A DNA stretch of 63,975 bases, the filler included, from Basidiobolus ranarum (Eukaryota), in the NCBI GenBank assembly GCA_040143965.1. It is 3 parts of 3 records of this genome, joined end to end, with 100 filler letters (N's around TTAATTAATTAA, not from the genome) between each part and the next. Parts side by side here need not be neighbours in the genome. Positions count along the whole stretch, not along the records: positions 21,931 to 43,733 come from JASJQH010000197.1; positions 43,834 to 63,975 come from JASJQH010000233.1; 1 more part is not named here. The stretch is one strand, 5' to 3'. A program made the position numbers and the translations under genes. Positions 39,510-52,900 of the stretch are shown one piece after another. The notes below the pieces were generated by a model. The model saw nothing but the letters and a program-made list of their open reading frames with translations, searched no databases and had not been told where the DNA came from. Position 1 is the first letter of the stretch. Each line of letters begins with the position of its first letter.

Positions 39510-41572
39510 CTATGATACGTAGTCCGTATCTATGACATCTAATCACGGAAACAAACACAAGCAGGTTAATCAAAGGAACAACGCTAAAAGGAAATAGTGA
39601 AAATACCCTTACCCCCAAACACTGACTCCATATTGAAAGGATCAGTGGGCCACTCAAGGTTATCCGAGACTGCACTTGGTAGCATTGAAAAGTCCGTACG
39701 AGGGTCTGTAAAGGAGAAGAAGTGATTCGGATCTTCGCTATTAAAGTCATAAAGACTTTGGGGATCTTCACTATGAGGGATAGAAAAGTTGGGCGCACTA
39801 ATGTATCCAACGGATGATTAGAAATAGTCTAGTTAAGTAGTTATTGTAGAAAACCCTACCTAGCCAACACTGGCGCTTCATATATTTGATGACTAGAAAG
39901 AGGATCATCTGATTGAGGTATGTCAGAAAAAGGGTCTGACATAAACTCGGTAGCCTATACAAATATGTTAGATGAAAACGTCACATTCAAGGCTAGACGA
40001 TCGACTCACCAGAGAATTAAAGTTGTACATCGAGTTGGCTTGATTAGCTCTGTTGTAAACAGTCTGAGGCTTCGAGATAAATTGCTTATAGAGGGATAAG
40101 ATGTTAGAGTAGTGAACTCGTCAAGGAATACTATTAATACATACTCGGTAAGTGTCATCGTACTCCAAGCATGGCTCCGAAATAAAACCATTCACATCGC
40201 TTGAGAGGACATCGCCTCCGTCATACGGTGGCACATCAGAGAATAACATATACATATCGTCATCATTCTCAAATAAAAGTGATTGAAGTTGACCAGTTTC
40301 TGCATTTAAAGCAGCTGCGCTTACATTTTCAAACGCAGGAAGCTCCCCATCCGAATCGAATGGATCAGTAGCCAAATCCGTATGGGACGATTGCAGAGGG
40401 TCAGTGTACATATCATGCACGTCGTCAAAAGGTAAATCTTCAGTAGCTAAGTCTGACGGAGGCAAATAAGATGTAAAAGTAGTCATGGGCATCGATTTCT
40501 TAGAAGCACGGTTGGTGGTCTTAGCCTTTGCTCTAGATGCACATTTAGGGCAAAAGTATTTTTCTGGCAGATCATCTTCAGACATGCCTAGACAGCCAAG
40601 GTGGAGCCAATTACGGCACATATCGCAAAAGATCATTGTACCAATATCTGAGCGATCACGCCCACAGATGCAGTCCACAATATCATCTGCTTTTCGAGAG
40701 CATCTATGGTTTTTGTAACCACGTGAGGTCTTATACTTCTTTCTACACCTTGAACAAGAGAAAGGAACAACAGAAGTCTCTGAAGAAAATGTTGCCTTGC
40801 TTTTGTGATGGGATATGTGTGACTTCTCGTGTTGTCTTCCCACCCGGAACTTTGATATTCCGTATTGAGGAGGGTGTTGATCATCCGTGATCAAGAAGGT
40901 CTCCTGAAAGCTCTTGCTGCTTCGGTTCCTTTTAAAAAGATTATCGCCACTTCCGATGACCAGAGAGCTACGAGAAATAATCATACGTGGTGATTCGATG
41001 ATGGTGACTCTGCGGGAATTAAGAAGTGTTTTTTTAGTCACTGGCTTATAATTCATCTTAATTCTCTTGAAAGCATCCATAAGAGTAAATCTAAGCCCAT
41101 TGATAGCACCGCATGATTCTTTGCTTCTTTCGCTGTTCGGAGAAGGCGTCTGTGAAAATACCGTTATAGGAGATGCATTTGAAGATGATACTTCCGGAGT
41201 TCTATTCGTCGGGCGTTGTGGTAGTATTTTGTTCATTGATATATGAGTAATATTGAGATGTTGATCTATCATATGACTATTATCACTGACGTCAGAGGAG
41301 AGTGCAAATTCCAGGCTGCTAGCTACCCGATTTTTTTTCTCAGCGGGGGGATCTTTGCAGCCCTGAGAGGGCTGTCCTTCACGAGCATACCCTTTATTCT
41401 CTTGGGGTAACGAGCGTTTTCTACTATTGTTAGGGGTAGGTATGACTGGGTACTTCGAGCCATTGTTACTAGACAGTGCAGGTTTCAAAAGGGGTTTAGG
41501 TCTAGGGAGTGTGAAGGAGGCGATCCTTTTAACAGTTTTGAAAGGAGAAGTAACTGGCTCAGCTTTCACCAT
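39510..41572 (-). CDS. PHD-finger nuclear protein with a preceding C2-type zinc-finger-like motif and acidic C-terminal tail, multi-exon
   Basis: CSRCRKKYKTSRGYKNHRC, then VDCICG...MIFCDMCRNWLHLGC...YFCPKC (PHD). Four further short GT-AG-bounded exons end at TAG 39510-39512. Start codon uncertain. Confidence 0.8.
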
Positions 41573-42450
41573 CTTTCTCTCTCTAGTGTTAGTGATGGGA
41601 AATGTATTCTGAAAAAATGTTTGTTCTCGGAAGTTTTCCTGATTTTCAATACTGCTTTGGGCAGGGTTAATATATATATATACATAAGATTCATAAGTTG
41701 AACAAACCTCAAAGATGATGAGAAAGAGTAAGCGTCAGTAAACGGTGGTGTACTCGTGATGTCCATATATTCTCTGAGATGCCTGACACAAGATGGAAAC
41801 GAACAACAATTGATGAATAAGACAACAACTTATTTAAGTTATTGATAAAAAAAGAGTACAAAAGTAAGTAGAACACTGCTCAAAACGAGAACTCAGGATA
41901 CAAAATTCGGTTTAATGTTGACAAGGAAATTTTCAGTAAACAAGAGAATACAGGGCGGGGACGTGACCGTTATGACAACTGTTTTCCAATTTGTTTTTAA
42001 GATTCGAATCTAAATACGCATTTCTAATTGGTGGTTTCTATTATTTACATAACAACTCTCGTTTTGGATGATTAGATGCTACTTTACATACAATTGAATA
42101 AATGCTTACACACTCATGCAAGGAATCTTATTGGTGAAATGATTGAAAAATACGAGGTGATTTGCTCCCAACATTAATCAGAAAGTGGATATCTCGATTA
42201 CATTTTATGGGGATTTTTTGTTAGAATGCAGGCTAAGTTGATTAAAAAATGATGTGAATTCTAAAAAGATAGAAAAGAGATGGGAGAGGGGAAGGGAAAA
42301 AACCAACGACTGTCTCACTTTCAACTAAGCAATATATACAGAAAGCAGTCAGAGCATGTAAGAATGAAAATAAAAATCATTAGGCAGGTAGGTCAGTTGC
42401 ATATGGCCAAAAAAGTTAACAGAAATATAGATCATAAACATAAATGCCCC

Positions 42451-43733
42451 TTAAACTACTGAATATCTACCGGTACCAAGAGAAGATCCTCCAAAACCAC
42501 CACGAGACTCGGACTCGATCGCTGCAAGGGTGGCTTCCGTGAGAATACGTTTGATCTCATTCTTGGCTTTGTCTACAACAATTTCATTCTCACCTTCAAT
42601 GAATAGGTATAATTTTCGTTCACCAGGACCAAGAGTCTTTCCTGGTTCGAAATGACTACCACGAGTGGTAATGGCAGCACCAGAGAGTTCGGAGATACGT
42701 GAGATTTGCTCTTTGTTGGTGACCTTCCATCTGGCTTTCTTCGGATAGTCATTGATTTCAATTTCGTAAGAGAAGGCTGGTGCAGCTGATACAGTTCCAT
42801 CTTGTAGTGGTTGTTGTGAGCTGGTGGCTCCATCTTTAAAGCGGGCATTGATATCGGCAATAATATCTCTAGCCCTGGCAAGCCCTGCACCACCCACAGC
42901 GTTACTATTGTCTGCAGCATTTTGAGCGTTTCTAAGAGCATTGGTGGTTCCGTTTTCGCCTTGTGCTTTAGGCTCTGCGCCTTTCTTAGATTCGGGATCT
43001 TCAGCTTCTTCATCAGAGATGTTATCATCATCATCGGCACCATACGACTTTCTTTGCACACGCTTAACCATAACACGCTCCTGATCCAGTTTTTCCAAAC
43101 CTTTACCACCAAAGCCAGATCCAGAATATTGTGCACTACCAGCCTTAACCTTTTCCTGAAATTCATCTGTCAGGTTGCGGAGATCTGGTGGAATCTCTAA
43201 ACCACTCAATTTAAGTGCTTTGAGAATATCCAACGCATACCTGTCTTGCTCAGGAGTAATAAAAGTATAGGCAGTTCCCTTATTACCAGCTCTACCTGTT
43301 CTGCCAACACGATGAACATAGTCTTCCATGTGGTTTGGACATTCATAATTTACAACCAAGTTCAATCTCTTGACATCTAAACCACGAGCGGCAACTGAGG
43401 TAGCTATCAGGATATTAATAACTCCCGACTTGAAGTCAGCAATCGTTGTATCTCGATCTGATTGATCTTTGCCACCATGTAAAGACATGCAAGGATACCC
43501 TTTTCTGATCAAATCTCGTAGTAAGTTATCTGCAGCTTCTTGACGATCGACAAATATAAGGCATCTAAGGTCCGAATCATCACGATAGTATTGACCTAGA
43601 ATTTCAAGGAGTCTTAGGAACTTGGTGCTGTCCTCCCGAACTTCAACAATCTGCGTAACATCCTCACACACTACACTACGCCCTCCAACAGTGATTTCTT
43701 GAGGTTTCTTGAGAATCTTACGAGCTAAAGCTT
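42451..43733 (-). CDS. PRP5: DEAD-box RNA helicase Prp5/DDX46, C-terminal half (5' part lost in gap)
   Basis: LHGGKDQSDRD, ATSVAARGLDV, EDYVHRVGRTGRAG, SGFGGKGL, EINDYPKKARWKVT, AAITTRG, C-terminal GRYSVV; frame stays open up to the N-run. Confidence 0.95.
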
Positions 43734-43833
43734 NNNNNNNNNNNNNNNNNNNNNNNNNNNNNNNNNNNNNNNNNNNNTTAATTAATTAANNNNNNNNNNN
43801 NNNNNNNNNNNNNNNNNNNNNNNNNNNNNNNNN
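43734..43833. other. Assembly gap with synthetic linker
   Basis: N-run containing TTAATTAATTAA; it interrupts PRP5. Confidence 0.97.
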
Positions 43834-44759
43834 GAAAACAATGACTTGACATCTATTTTTACACTACAGATATAGATAGCTGTCGGGAAACTAGGTTGGA
43901 CTAGTTTATTGACATTAGCTCTCTTGGATGTCTCAGCACCGTTGAGACCTAGCCATCGCATTTCCTAAAGTAAATACCGTTCCTAACACTTACGATGATG
44001 AGTAGAAGTATCCGAATACCACCCACATTATATCCTTTTCATCAGTGAAACCGGCAATTTTTATCAATAGCAGTAGTCAATGCTGCGGTTGCTTGATTTT
44101 CATCTGTCGTTGAATGCTCCTGATTGTTTCTGCGATTCAACTCCAATCCGGGTCTTTGCGTATGTTTGCTGGACATGTGGTCAGAAGACACCCTATGGCT
44201 CCAGGGAGATAACTAATATCAAATATTCTTAGCCGAGTGTATATCCCAGCCTCAGTAAGCAACCATATTGAGATGGGTGAATCATAAAAACTTGCACTTG
44301 GCCTATGAGTAAGCATCTCATACCCAACAAAACAAAGCTACATTGATTAACTCTAATAGTAATCAAACTCTTGGGTTACTTATTACTAGGATTCTTGGTA
44401 AATTTAATGGTTGCATTTCTGCTACTGGGAATACAGTATTAATGTTGGCGTTTGTCCGAAGAAAACCGGAAAGTAGAGATCTTAAGATGTGTGAATGATG
44501 TAACTAAAAATATGGTTGCAATACTTGTCCAAAACTCCCTAAACTACCCACCTCACCTCGTGAAGAGTTCCCAAGTACATATCAACCATCTTTCCTCTCA
44601 AATATGGCATAGTTACATATACTCTATTTCAACATAACAAAGAAACTAGAGGAAAACATATTTCTACTCATTATCCAAAGATATTCTCTATTCCACTCAA
44701 AGATATGAAATATGAGTTGGAGAATCTACCTAATTAATGCCCTACCTTACAGTTGATGG

Positions 44760-44960
44760 TGTTGAGAATATTTGGGAGGAATTGAAAGTGTTTACGATAA
44801 TTTGAAGAAATATGTGATTTGCACTGAATGCTTTATTAAATTAGGCACAAATATTTACTTATGCATATCTTGTAAATAAACAAAAATGACTGCAGATATG
44901 TGTCTCTATGGTGTACCAAAAGTTGGGGAACCTTAGACGAGTTTGAATTCCTATTTTTTC
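44760..44960 (-). mobile_element. Highly diverged LTR-family-A-related fragment
   Basis: TGTTGAGAATATTTGGGAGGAATTGAAAGTG... loosely colinear with the reverse-oriented copies; boundaries approximate. Confidence 0.45.
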
Positions 44961-45187
44961 TGAACAGTTCGGACATTTGTCAAGTATATGCAAAATATAT
45001 GTGACGACTTAGACTTCTGCTTTACATGGAATATAGCAACTACAACCATCAGAGATTGTCCAGTCTAGTGAATGCACAGCATAAAAAGGTCTTGTTTGAT
45101 TACTAATCAATTGCACTGGATCTACAAGTGCTTCAAGTTATAGTGTTTACAAGTGAAGCCACTGATATGCTATTTATACAATTCACC

Positions 45188-45509
45188 TGTTGAAATTAGC
45201 ACAGCCTAGACATCTATATAGTCATATATAGCTTAGTATTCAGTTACTCCATATTGAACTAAGATATCATCCATTATTCTCAAGGGGAATTTTCTTAATA
45301 TTTTGAAGATATATAGATTGTTCACACTTGTCCTAGAGGCGGCAAACTTTGCAGTTCCTGAGACCTTCTTTAACACATTCTACACGTTTTTATCTAACTC
45401 TTAGCAAGACTGTAAATGTCAACTTCCTACTCAATAAATCAATAAGTGAAAAACATCAATTCTTCTAGTTCTCCGAACCACTTCCAACAAACTCCCAAAT
45501 ACTTTAACA
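45188..45509 (+). mobile_element. Solo LTR family A
   Basis: TGTTGAAATTAGC...ACTTTAACA, 322 bp, TG..CA termini; no clear TSD. Confidence 0.85.
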
Positions 45510-46315
45510 AGCAGATGTATGTAGGTAATCTTTTGATAATTGCCATCAAACAGCTACATCTCCCACTTACATCAAAACATCAATTATCACTCATTTCTAT
45601 CAATCCATAGGGCCGTTAAATGACTGCATTACTCAGGTGATTCGTCTTTTAACTCTTTAGGGTTAGGGTTAGGTCGATCGATCAGCATATATATATAATA
45701 ATGTCAAAATATAGCATTATTTGAAAGTGAGTATGAGTGTTTCTGATAAGCAATCAGCATTTGTCGTTCCTCAAGTCGGGATTCGTATAAAGATAGTCAA
45801 GGTCAGCTACGGGTCGCGAATGAATAACCACAATAGCTACCTCAACACTTAGTTGACCTCATTCCATTCAAAAAGCAACAATATACTGGTGTCGTAGTAT
45901 AGTTAACAAAGTTTACATTTATCGCGTAAAACCAGCACTGGTCTTTATTTGTGGCATCGGTTTTTTTTCTGGGTAGGAAGTCACATGAAAATTTTCGCGG
46001 AATTTCGAGATTTATACATTGGAGATCTTAGTGAAGTTAGATCAAGTATAGACCAGAATCAATGACGAATTCACAAGTACAACAAATCAGTGATTTAATC
46101 ACCCTGAAAAAATCGAGAATTGTGTAGAACGTCGAGTAAAATTAAAGTCCATTCTCTGAAAACAAGTAGTGACTCTAACCTTAGTAGAACTGACTTAAAT
46201 CGGTGCCCTTGCTACATCTTTAAATCTTCTTTTGTAGAATTTTTTTAACATCACTTCAACTCATATCAATATTCTCGTGACTTAATATCATCTTTCTTCA
46301 CCTTCGAACTTTACA

Positions 46316-47145
46316 ATGGAAGGTTTTATGCCCGGTCAACTGTTCACTACCTCAGCTAGCTTAGTCGATAGCGTTGATAGTACTGTATTTCATCCATAGT
46401 TCTTCTCACTTATATGTTTGGGTTCTTCAGTTTCCTTTTACCTTATATACTTTTTACTGCCAAGAATTCTTGATATCCATGTTTTTCAGTACATCCCTGT
46501 TTTGAAATTACCTTTTTATTTTGGTCTTTAAATCCCCTCGATCTGAACTATTTTTAATCGAATGTCTTTCGATATAGAAAAACTCTTGGTTATCTTACGT
46601 GACGGACGTAAACTTATTGGTGTACTGAGATCGTACGATCAATTTGGTATTTACTCTATTCCTTTCTCTTTTATCATTGTTAAAGTGTATACATAGTTTG
46701 AGTTCGATATAGACCTTATTTTAACACATCATTCCTTTTTTATTTTATAATTTTAGCCAATTTGGTTCTGCAAGATACTGTGGAGCGGATTTATGTTGGT
46801 GATTGCTACGGAGACATTCCACGTGGTATTTTCATCATTCGTGGAGAAAATGTCGTTTTACTTGGAGAAGTGGTATGTATATAAATTTTCAGCTTGCTCG
46901 ACAAGACTTGTCGGTTATTCCACTTATTGTGAACTTAACTAACTCCTTTCTTAATCAATCGGTATTACTCGTTCTAGGATTTAGAAAAAGAGGATGATAT
47001 CCCATTGCGTCAACTACCCATTGAGGAGATTCTCGTTGCTCAAAAACGTGAAATGGAGGAGCGTCAAAAACGGGAAAAACTTCGCAACAAAGTACTCTAT
47101 GATCAAGGATTTAGTGTAGATTTCGTAGAGACTGATTTGTATTGA
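46316..47145 (+). CDS. LSM1: Sm-like protein Lsm1 (mRNA decapping activator), 4 exons
   Basis: [58 protein letters not shown]...[23 protein letters not shown]...; absent from the ORF track because the exons are short. Confidence 0.95.
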
Positions 47146-49953
47146 GTCTACAAAACAGTATACACTTAGGAATGTATGCCCTAATTTGTATTTCAGAGCA
47201 ATAAATATTAGATACAAGCAGTGAGATTCGTATTATACTGGTGATATTTACTATTTGCTCCATCTATGCTTTCAACTTCTATAAGATGGATTTCAAGCTG
47301 ATCACGGTGTATTCAAGCTTATATGTTTCAATAACTTGCCCTTAATCCCCCAAATGCTCTCTTTAGTCGCGACAGATGATGTTCTATATCCATGGATCTG
47401 TGCTTGCCATGACTTCAATTACTACGACTTTTACTCGAGAGTGGAGCTGATCATCATTTCTATTCAGGCTATCCGAGAATACATGCAACTCTGACTGTTC
47501 AGACTACCAGCAGTTTTCGTATCCAAGATGTTGGCTTCCGAACGTGGAAGTAATATAATCACAAATCGATTCAGATGTTGACTGACAGGGCAGGTCACCA
47601 ACATATAGAGTACTGGGCTGTGGGCTAACCCGAAACTCGATGCAAAGTGCTTATGCTTTGTTGGCCTTTCAGTGGATATTTTGTGCTGGTTATACTTTAG
47701 TGTTTCGGACTCAATACATTCGCTAATAAAGGCCCTGGATATATTGAGCCATTTTCAGTAAATGATTCCATTGTCCGGCTTTCAGAACGGAGCTTATTTT
47801 AATCTAATATATTTGGACCTTTGCTGCTCTCAGCCCATCATCTAAACCATCAAATATTACGTGGTTAGCCTCATCATGGCGTAAACCTGATTACTCAGCA
47901 GTCATCTCTCTTAATTGCCATAAATGAACCAAGGTTTGTTTATTACTCTAGTATCACTTTTATCGCTCGAGGTTAGGTTGTTACCATATACGTTAGCTTT
48001 GGTAAACTACTCTGTCCTCTATCACTTCATGCGAGGCCCTGATCAAAAAGTATTCTCTCGATGCACAGAACACCTTTAGCATTGCCTGATCACTCTAGAA
48101 TATCCTTAACTGCAGATTAGGATGGAGTAACCTTGGTTTCAGGGCTTTCATTGTCCAGGGCTATTGTGTAGGTCACCATAGATGCATGGTTGTTGAGGAT
48201 ACCTAACTATATATATATACCAGCAGCTGCCTAATCTGCTCTCTATCCCCAACATAAGGAGCACTGAATGCTACTATACAGGCCACTTTTCTCAGTGATG
48301 TGTACAAAGTCATATTCAAAAGCAGCAGTTCGAAGTCTTGAGCTATGCTGGCGTCAGAATCCAGACACCAATAGGTAGCCAGATGAAGGTAAGCTACATT
48401 GGACTGCAGTGTTATCGCATGGACTAATGATTGCTAAAATAAGCTACTCTGGTTCAGACAAGTGGGGTTAGTGTGACAAAATGTGGGGGTTCAATGACCA
48501 TATTCATCCCAACATTGAAGTACAGACGTAGATCTATCAAGATTTAGGGCTACTGTATTACACAAGCCCCAGGCCGGGTAAACAGCACACTGAACTCGAT
48601 ATCCTCGTCAAACGTTACATACATAACGGCTTGCTTTCAAATAATACTAGCGCAACAGCCGAGTAAAGATAATGGTGACATTCTGAAATAAGAATCTTCG
48701 GTACAAGCGGCCAGAATATACATTCGAGCTTTTAAGTTTTACTAATGCACTGTACAACATGAAATAAGGAATATTCCAATTGATGAAGGTGTCAGAGATT
48801 CTAACCAAGTTCACCAGAGCAACATACTTTACATTCTTATTCAGATGGCTTTACCTTACTGCTAACGTAGTAGTTGTATACTGATACTACAGAGAGATGA
48901 AGTAGCCGTTATTATCTTTGTTGGAGGGTACCATTATGTCTGTTGCCAGAGGGTTACACACGGGTTGAAAGGGTGCAGCTTATTTTGTAACTTTACCCAG
49001 CGCCGCTCAAAATGTGAATTGATATGCAGGTCAGGGTGAATATTGGTAAGATAAGGTGGAGATTTGGGTGCACCAGCATACACGCCAATAACTGGGTCTA
49101 TCATGCTGTAATTTTTGGCATTGGGTTACTTCGAGGTATGCTGCATACTTATTTAGTGAGAAAATAGTTGAAAGTAGTTTTCATCATAGGCATTCAATTT
49201 GTACACAGCATACATCATCTACATCTCTTTCAGATCATTATGCGGATTGTTGTACCAGTAACAGTAAACATATTTTTTTCTTCAACCTGTGCTATTTGCA
49301 ATCGAGTATGTAGTGGCCGATTAATTAAATGATATCATCACATAAAGCCTGTATACTGAAGTACACAGGTACTTGTTGCTTTCCTGAATAATGTGGCGCT
49401 TCAATACACTATAAACGTCAAGTTGCCCTTGCAAGTATCAGTTCTGATGCGGTGTTGTTGGCCGGCCAGCTAAGCGTTGGGCGGGGGGGGGTCTTGTAGT
49501 AATAATTCCGACTTCTACTGGAGCATGTTACCAAGTCCCTAGAATTATTTCCATCTTTCCATTGGTCCAGATTGGCTATTGTTGTCCCGTAATGATGAAC
49601 TAAGATGCGTACTAGGGATTTGATCTTGGAGCTCGAACACTCATCATATGTTGTGGATCAAGTGCGAATAGGTACCTGAAACCTTTGAAAGCCGTATTGG
49701 CTCGAAGGTACTCCTTTAAGCAGGTAATTCCCTATTTAGCAGTGTGGTATATAATGGATATGGGAATACACTGCAAATCCTCGCATCCCTTCCTCTTCAC
49801 CATCGTTTTTTCCATTGAAAAAGTCAAAATTTTATTTGTAAAAAACAATCGGGTAGCACTGTCAATATGTGTAGATCTGGTTTCACCCCACAGCTGAGGT
49901 AAATTAAGATATAAAAGAAGCATGCAGCAAGGTGGAGATTTACGATTCACCCA

Positions 49954-52900
49954 ATGACTCCAGATTCCAAAGTGAAGATGGGCTCTGTTGATGTTGAGGA
50001 GACGAAGGGGCATGTTGATGCTAAAGAAGAGCAGCCCTTGGACACTTCGAAGGAGGTGAAAGTGGCGTTCTGGAAACTATTCAGATTTGCCACTGTATTC
50101 GATTGTGTTTTGATGGCTATTGGAACCTTTTGTGCTATTGTCGCAGGAACCGGCATTCCCGTATCAACGTACGTATAAATCTCCTTAATTACACGGTTGC
50201 TATTTGATCACCTCGTATTTATATTTCCTCATCGCAGTATTGTATATGGTGACCTGGTGGATGTATTTGGGGACAATGTTACTACCGATCCAGAATACAT
50301 CAAATCGCAAATCAATCAGGGTGCTCTCTACTTCGTATATATTGCGATAGGAGTCCTGGCCACGACTTACGGCAGTATGGGTACCTGGATTTGGGCCGGT
50401 GAGCGTCAAACCAGATTTATTCGCGAGAAATATTTGGCAGCAGTGCTTCGTCAGGATATCCCCTGGTTTGATACTCTTGGCGCCGGTGAAGTAACTACTA
50501 GAATAACCAGTGATACACACTTGATTAGAGATGGGATCACCGAAAAGATCCCTCAAACCATATTTTACGTTTCGACTTTTGTTTCCGCCTTTGTCGTTGC
50601 TTTCACTAAAAACTGGCGACTCACCTTGGTGTTCTGTTGCATTCTTCCATTAATGGTAATCACTGTCGGAGTATTGAACTATTTCAGTACAAAATTTACT
50701 ACACGCACATTGGATTCATACTCAACTGCTGGAACATTGGCCGAAGAAGTATTCTCCTCTATCCGCACAGCTGTAGCATTTGGTCAGCAAAAAAAACTAG
50801 CTCACATGTATAGTGTGAGTATTGCGGCTGCGAAAAAAGAGGCAATGAAGAAAACCGTCATCACTGGCGCTGGAGTGGCATTTTCCTTATCCATCGTTTT
50901 TGCTGGATATGCTTTGGCTTTTTGGTATGGAGGAAAGCTGATTATACAAGGAGAACTGAAATTAGGTGGAGTGATCACTGTGCTATTTGCTATTCTTAGT
51001 GGTGCATTTTCTCTAGGTAACGTAGGACCTAATCTTCAGGCCTTTAGCATGGCTCTAGGCGCTGCACACAAGTTATATGAGGTTATCAATCGTGTACCTG
51101 CTATAGACTCATATTCTACAGAAGGTATAAAACCTTCGGAGAAACCTCGCGGTTTGATTGAGTTGAGTCATGTGTCGTTTCATTATCCTGCTCGTCCTGA
51201 TATTTGTGTCCTTCAAGATATCAGTTTTTCAGTCGAACCAGGAAAGACAGTAGCCTTGGTTGGTTCTAGTGGTTCCGGAAAGTCGACCATTATACAGTTA
51301 TTGGAGAGGTTCTATAACCCTGTTCAGGGTGAAATACTACTCGATGGTATCCCAATTAGCAATTATAATATTTGCTGGCTCAGAAGACAGATTGGCCTAG
51401 TATCACAAGAGCCTACTCTTTTCAAATGCACCATCGCTGAAAATGTTGCACACGGCTTAGTTGGAACACCATTTGAAAATTACGGTGAAAAAGAAAAGAT
51501 GGAGCTTATCATTGAAGCTTGCAAAATGGCAAATGCACACAATTTTATTACTGCTTTACCAGATCAGTATAATACCATGGTTGGAGAGCGCGGATTTCTT
51601 CTTTCTGGCGGACAAAAACAACGAGTTGCAATTGCTAGAGCTATCATTAAAAATCCTTCCATCTTATTGCTAGATGAAGCTACTTCGGCTTTGGATACTC
51701 AGTCAGAGGTCGTTGTGCAAGAAGCTTTAGAACGCGCTAGTGCTGGTAGAACTACCATTGTGATCGCTCATAGACTTTCTACCATCTACAACGCGGACAA
51801 TATCATAGTGATGGATAAAGGAAACGTGGTCGAAGTTGGAACACATAACTCGTTGATTGAGGCCCGTGGAGTTTACTGTAAATTAGTGGAGCTTCAGAAT
51901 GTAAGTGAGGAGGAAAAAGTCGAGAATGCTGATAAAGTGGTGGATGAGCTCACTGAAATAGCTCGCTTTGCAACAAGAGAGTCTAGTTCGTCTACTATCA
52001 CAAAACTCGATATTGAAACTGGTGATGGACAAGCTTACTCCTTCTGGTATGTAATCTATCGAGTATTTAGAATTAATGCACCGGAAATCCCCTTGATGCT
52101 AGGGGGCTTATTAGGAGCAATAATGGCGGGCGCAGTCAATCCCATATTTGCATTCGCAATCTCGAAAATCATGAATGATATTCTGACCCGAGAAAATATG
52201 GACTCTAACCAGCTTTCTGAGCAGATCAATTTTTGGGCTTTAATGATAGTAATAATTGCAGTGATCAATCTTTTCGCTCAAATGGCTCAAATATCCTTCT
52301 TTGGGTTGTCTAGTGAGAAACTGACTGAAAGAATTAGAAATTTAACGTTTTCCAATATACTTCACCAAGAGATCGGATGGTTCGATAGAGATGAAAATAA
52401 CGTCGGAGCTTTAGTGTCTGCCTTATCCACTGACGCCACTCATGTTCAAGGATTGAGCGGCTCAACACTTGGTATCATTCTTCAAGTACTGGCGACCTTC
52501 TTTGTGGGGCTTGTGATAGCCCTAATTTATGGCTGGAAGCTTACTTTGGTCGTTATGGTCAGCTATCCTCTACTGATCGGTGCTGGAATTGTGGAGATGA
52601 AGCTGATGATAAACTATCAAGATGATACCAAGCTGATATACGAACAATCAGCACAATTGGCTTGCGAAGCAACAGGCTCTATAAGAACTGTGGCATCTTT
52701 GACTCGTGAACAAGATATATCTAATATATACCATTCGGAACTTGAGAAACCTATCAAAGCTTGTAAAAAAAATGCAATCGTCATGTCCATCAGTTTCGCA
52801 GCTTCGCAGGCCGTTATTCTACTCGTTGATGCTCTGGCCTTTTGGTATGGAGGAAAGCTGTTTGCCAATAGAGAATACACCGCTGAGCAATTCTTCATCG

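Noticed and set aside
39226-39810. 194-aa minus-strand ORF
   Set aside because: Off-frame overlap of the PHD gene's last exons and 3' UTR, with no motif.
42573-43200. Alternative-frame and antisense ORFs inside PRP5 (likewise inside the CHS, ABC and transporter genes)
   Set aside because: Shadow ORFs of real coding sequence.
45657-45673. Short interstitial TTAGGG runs (also near 5085, 13010, 61443)
   Set aside because: Only 2-3 units each; no evidence for a telomere or a consistent promoter position.
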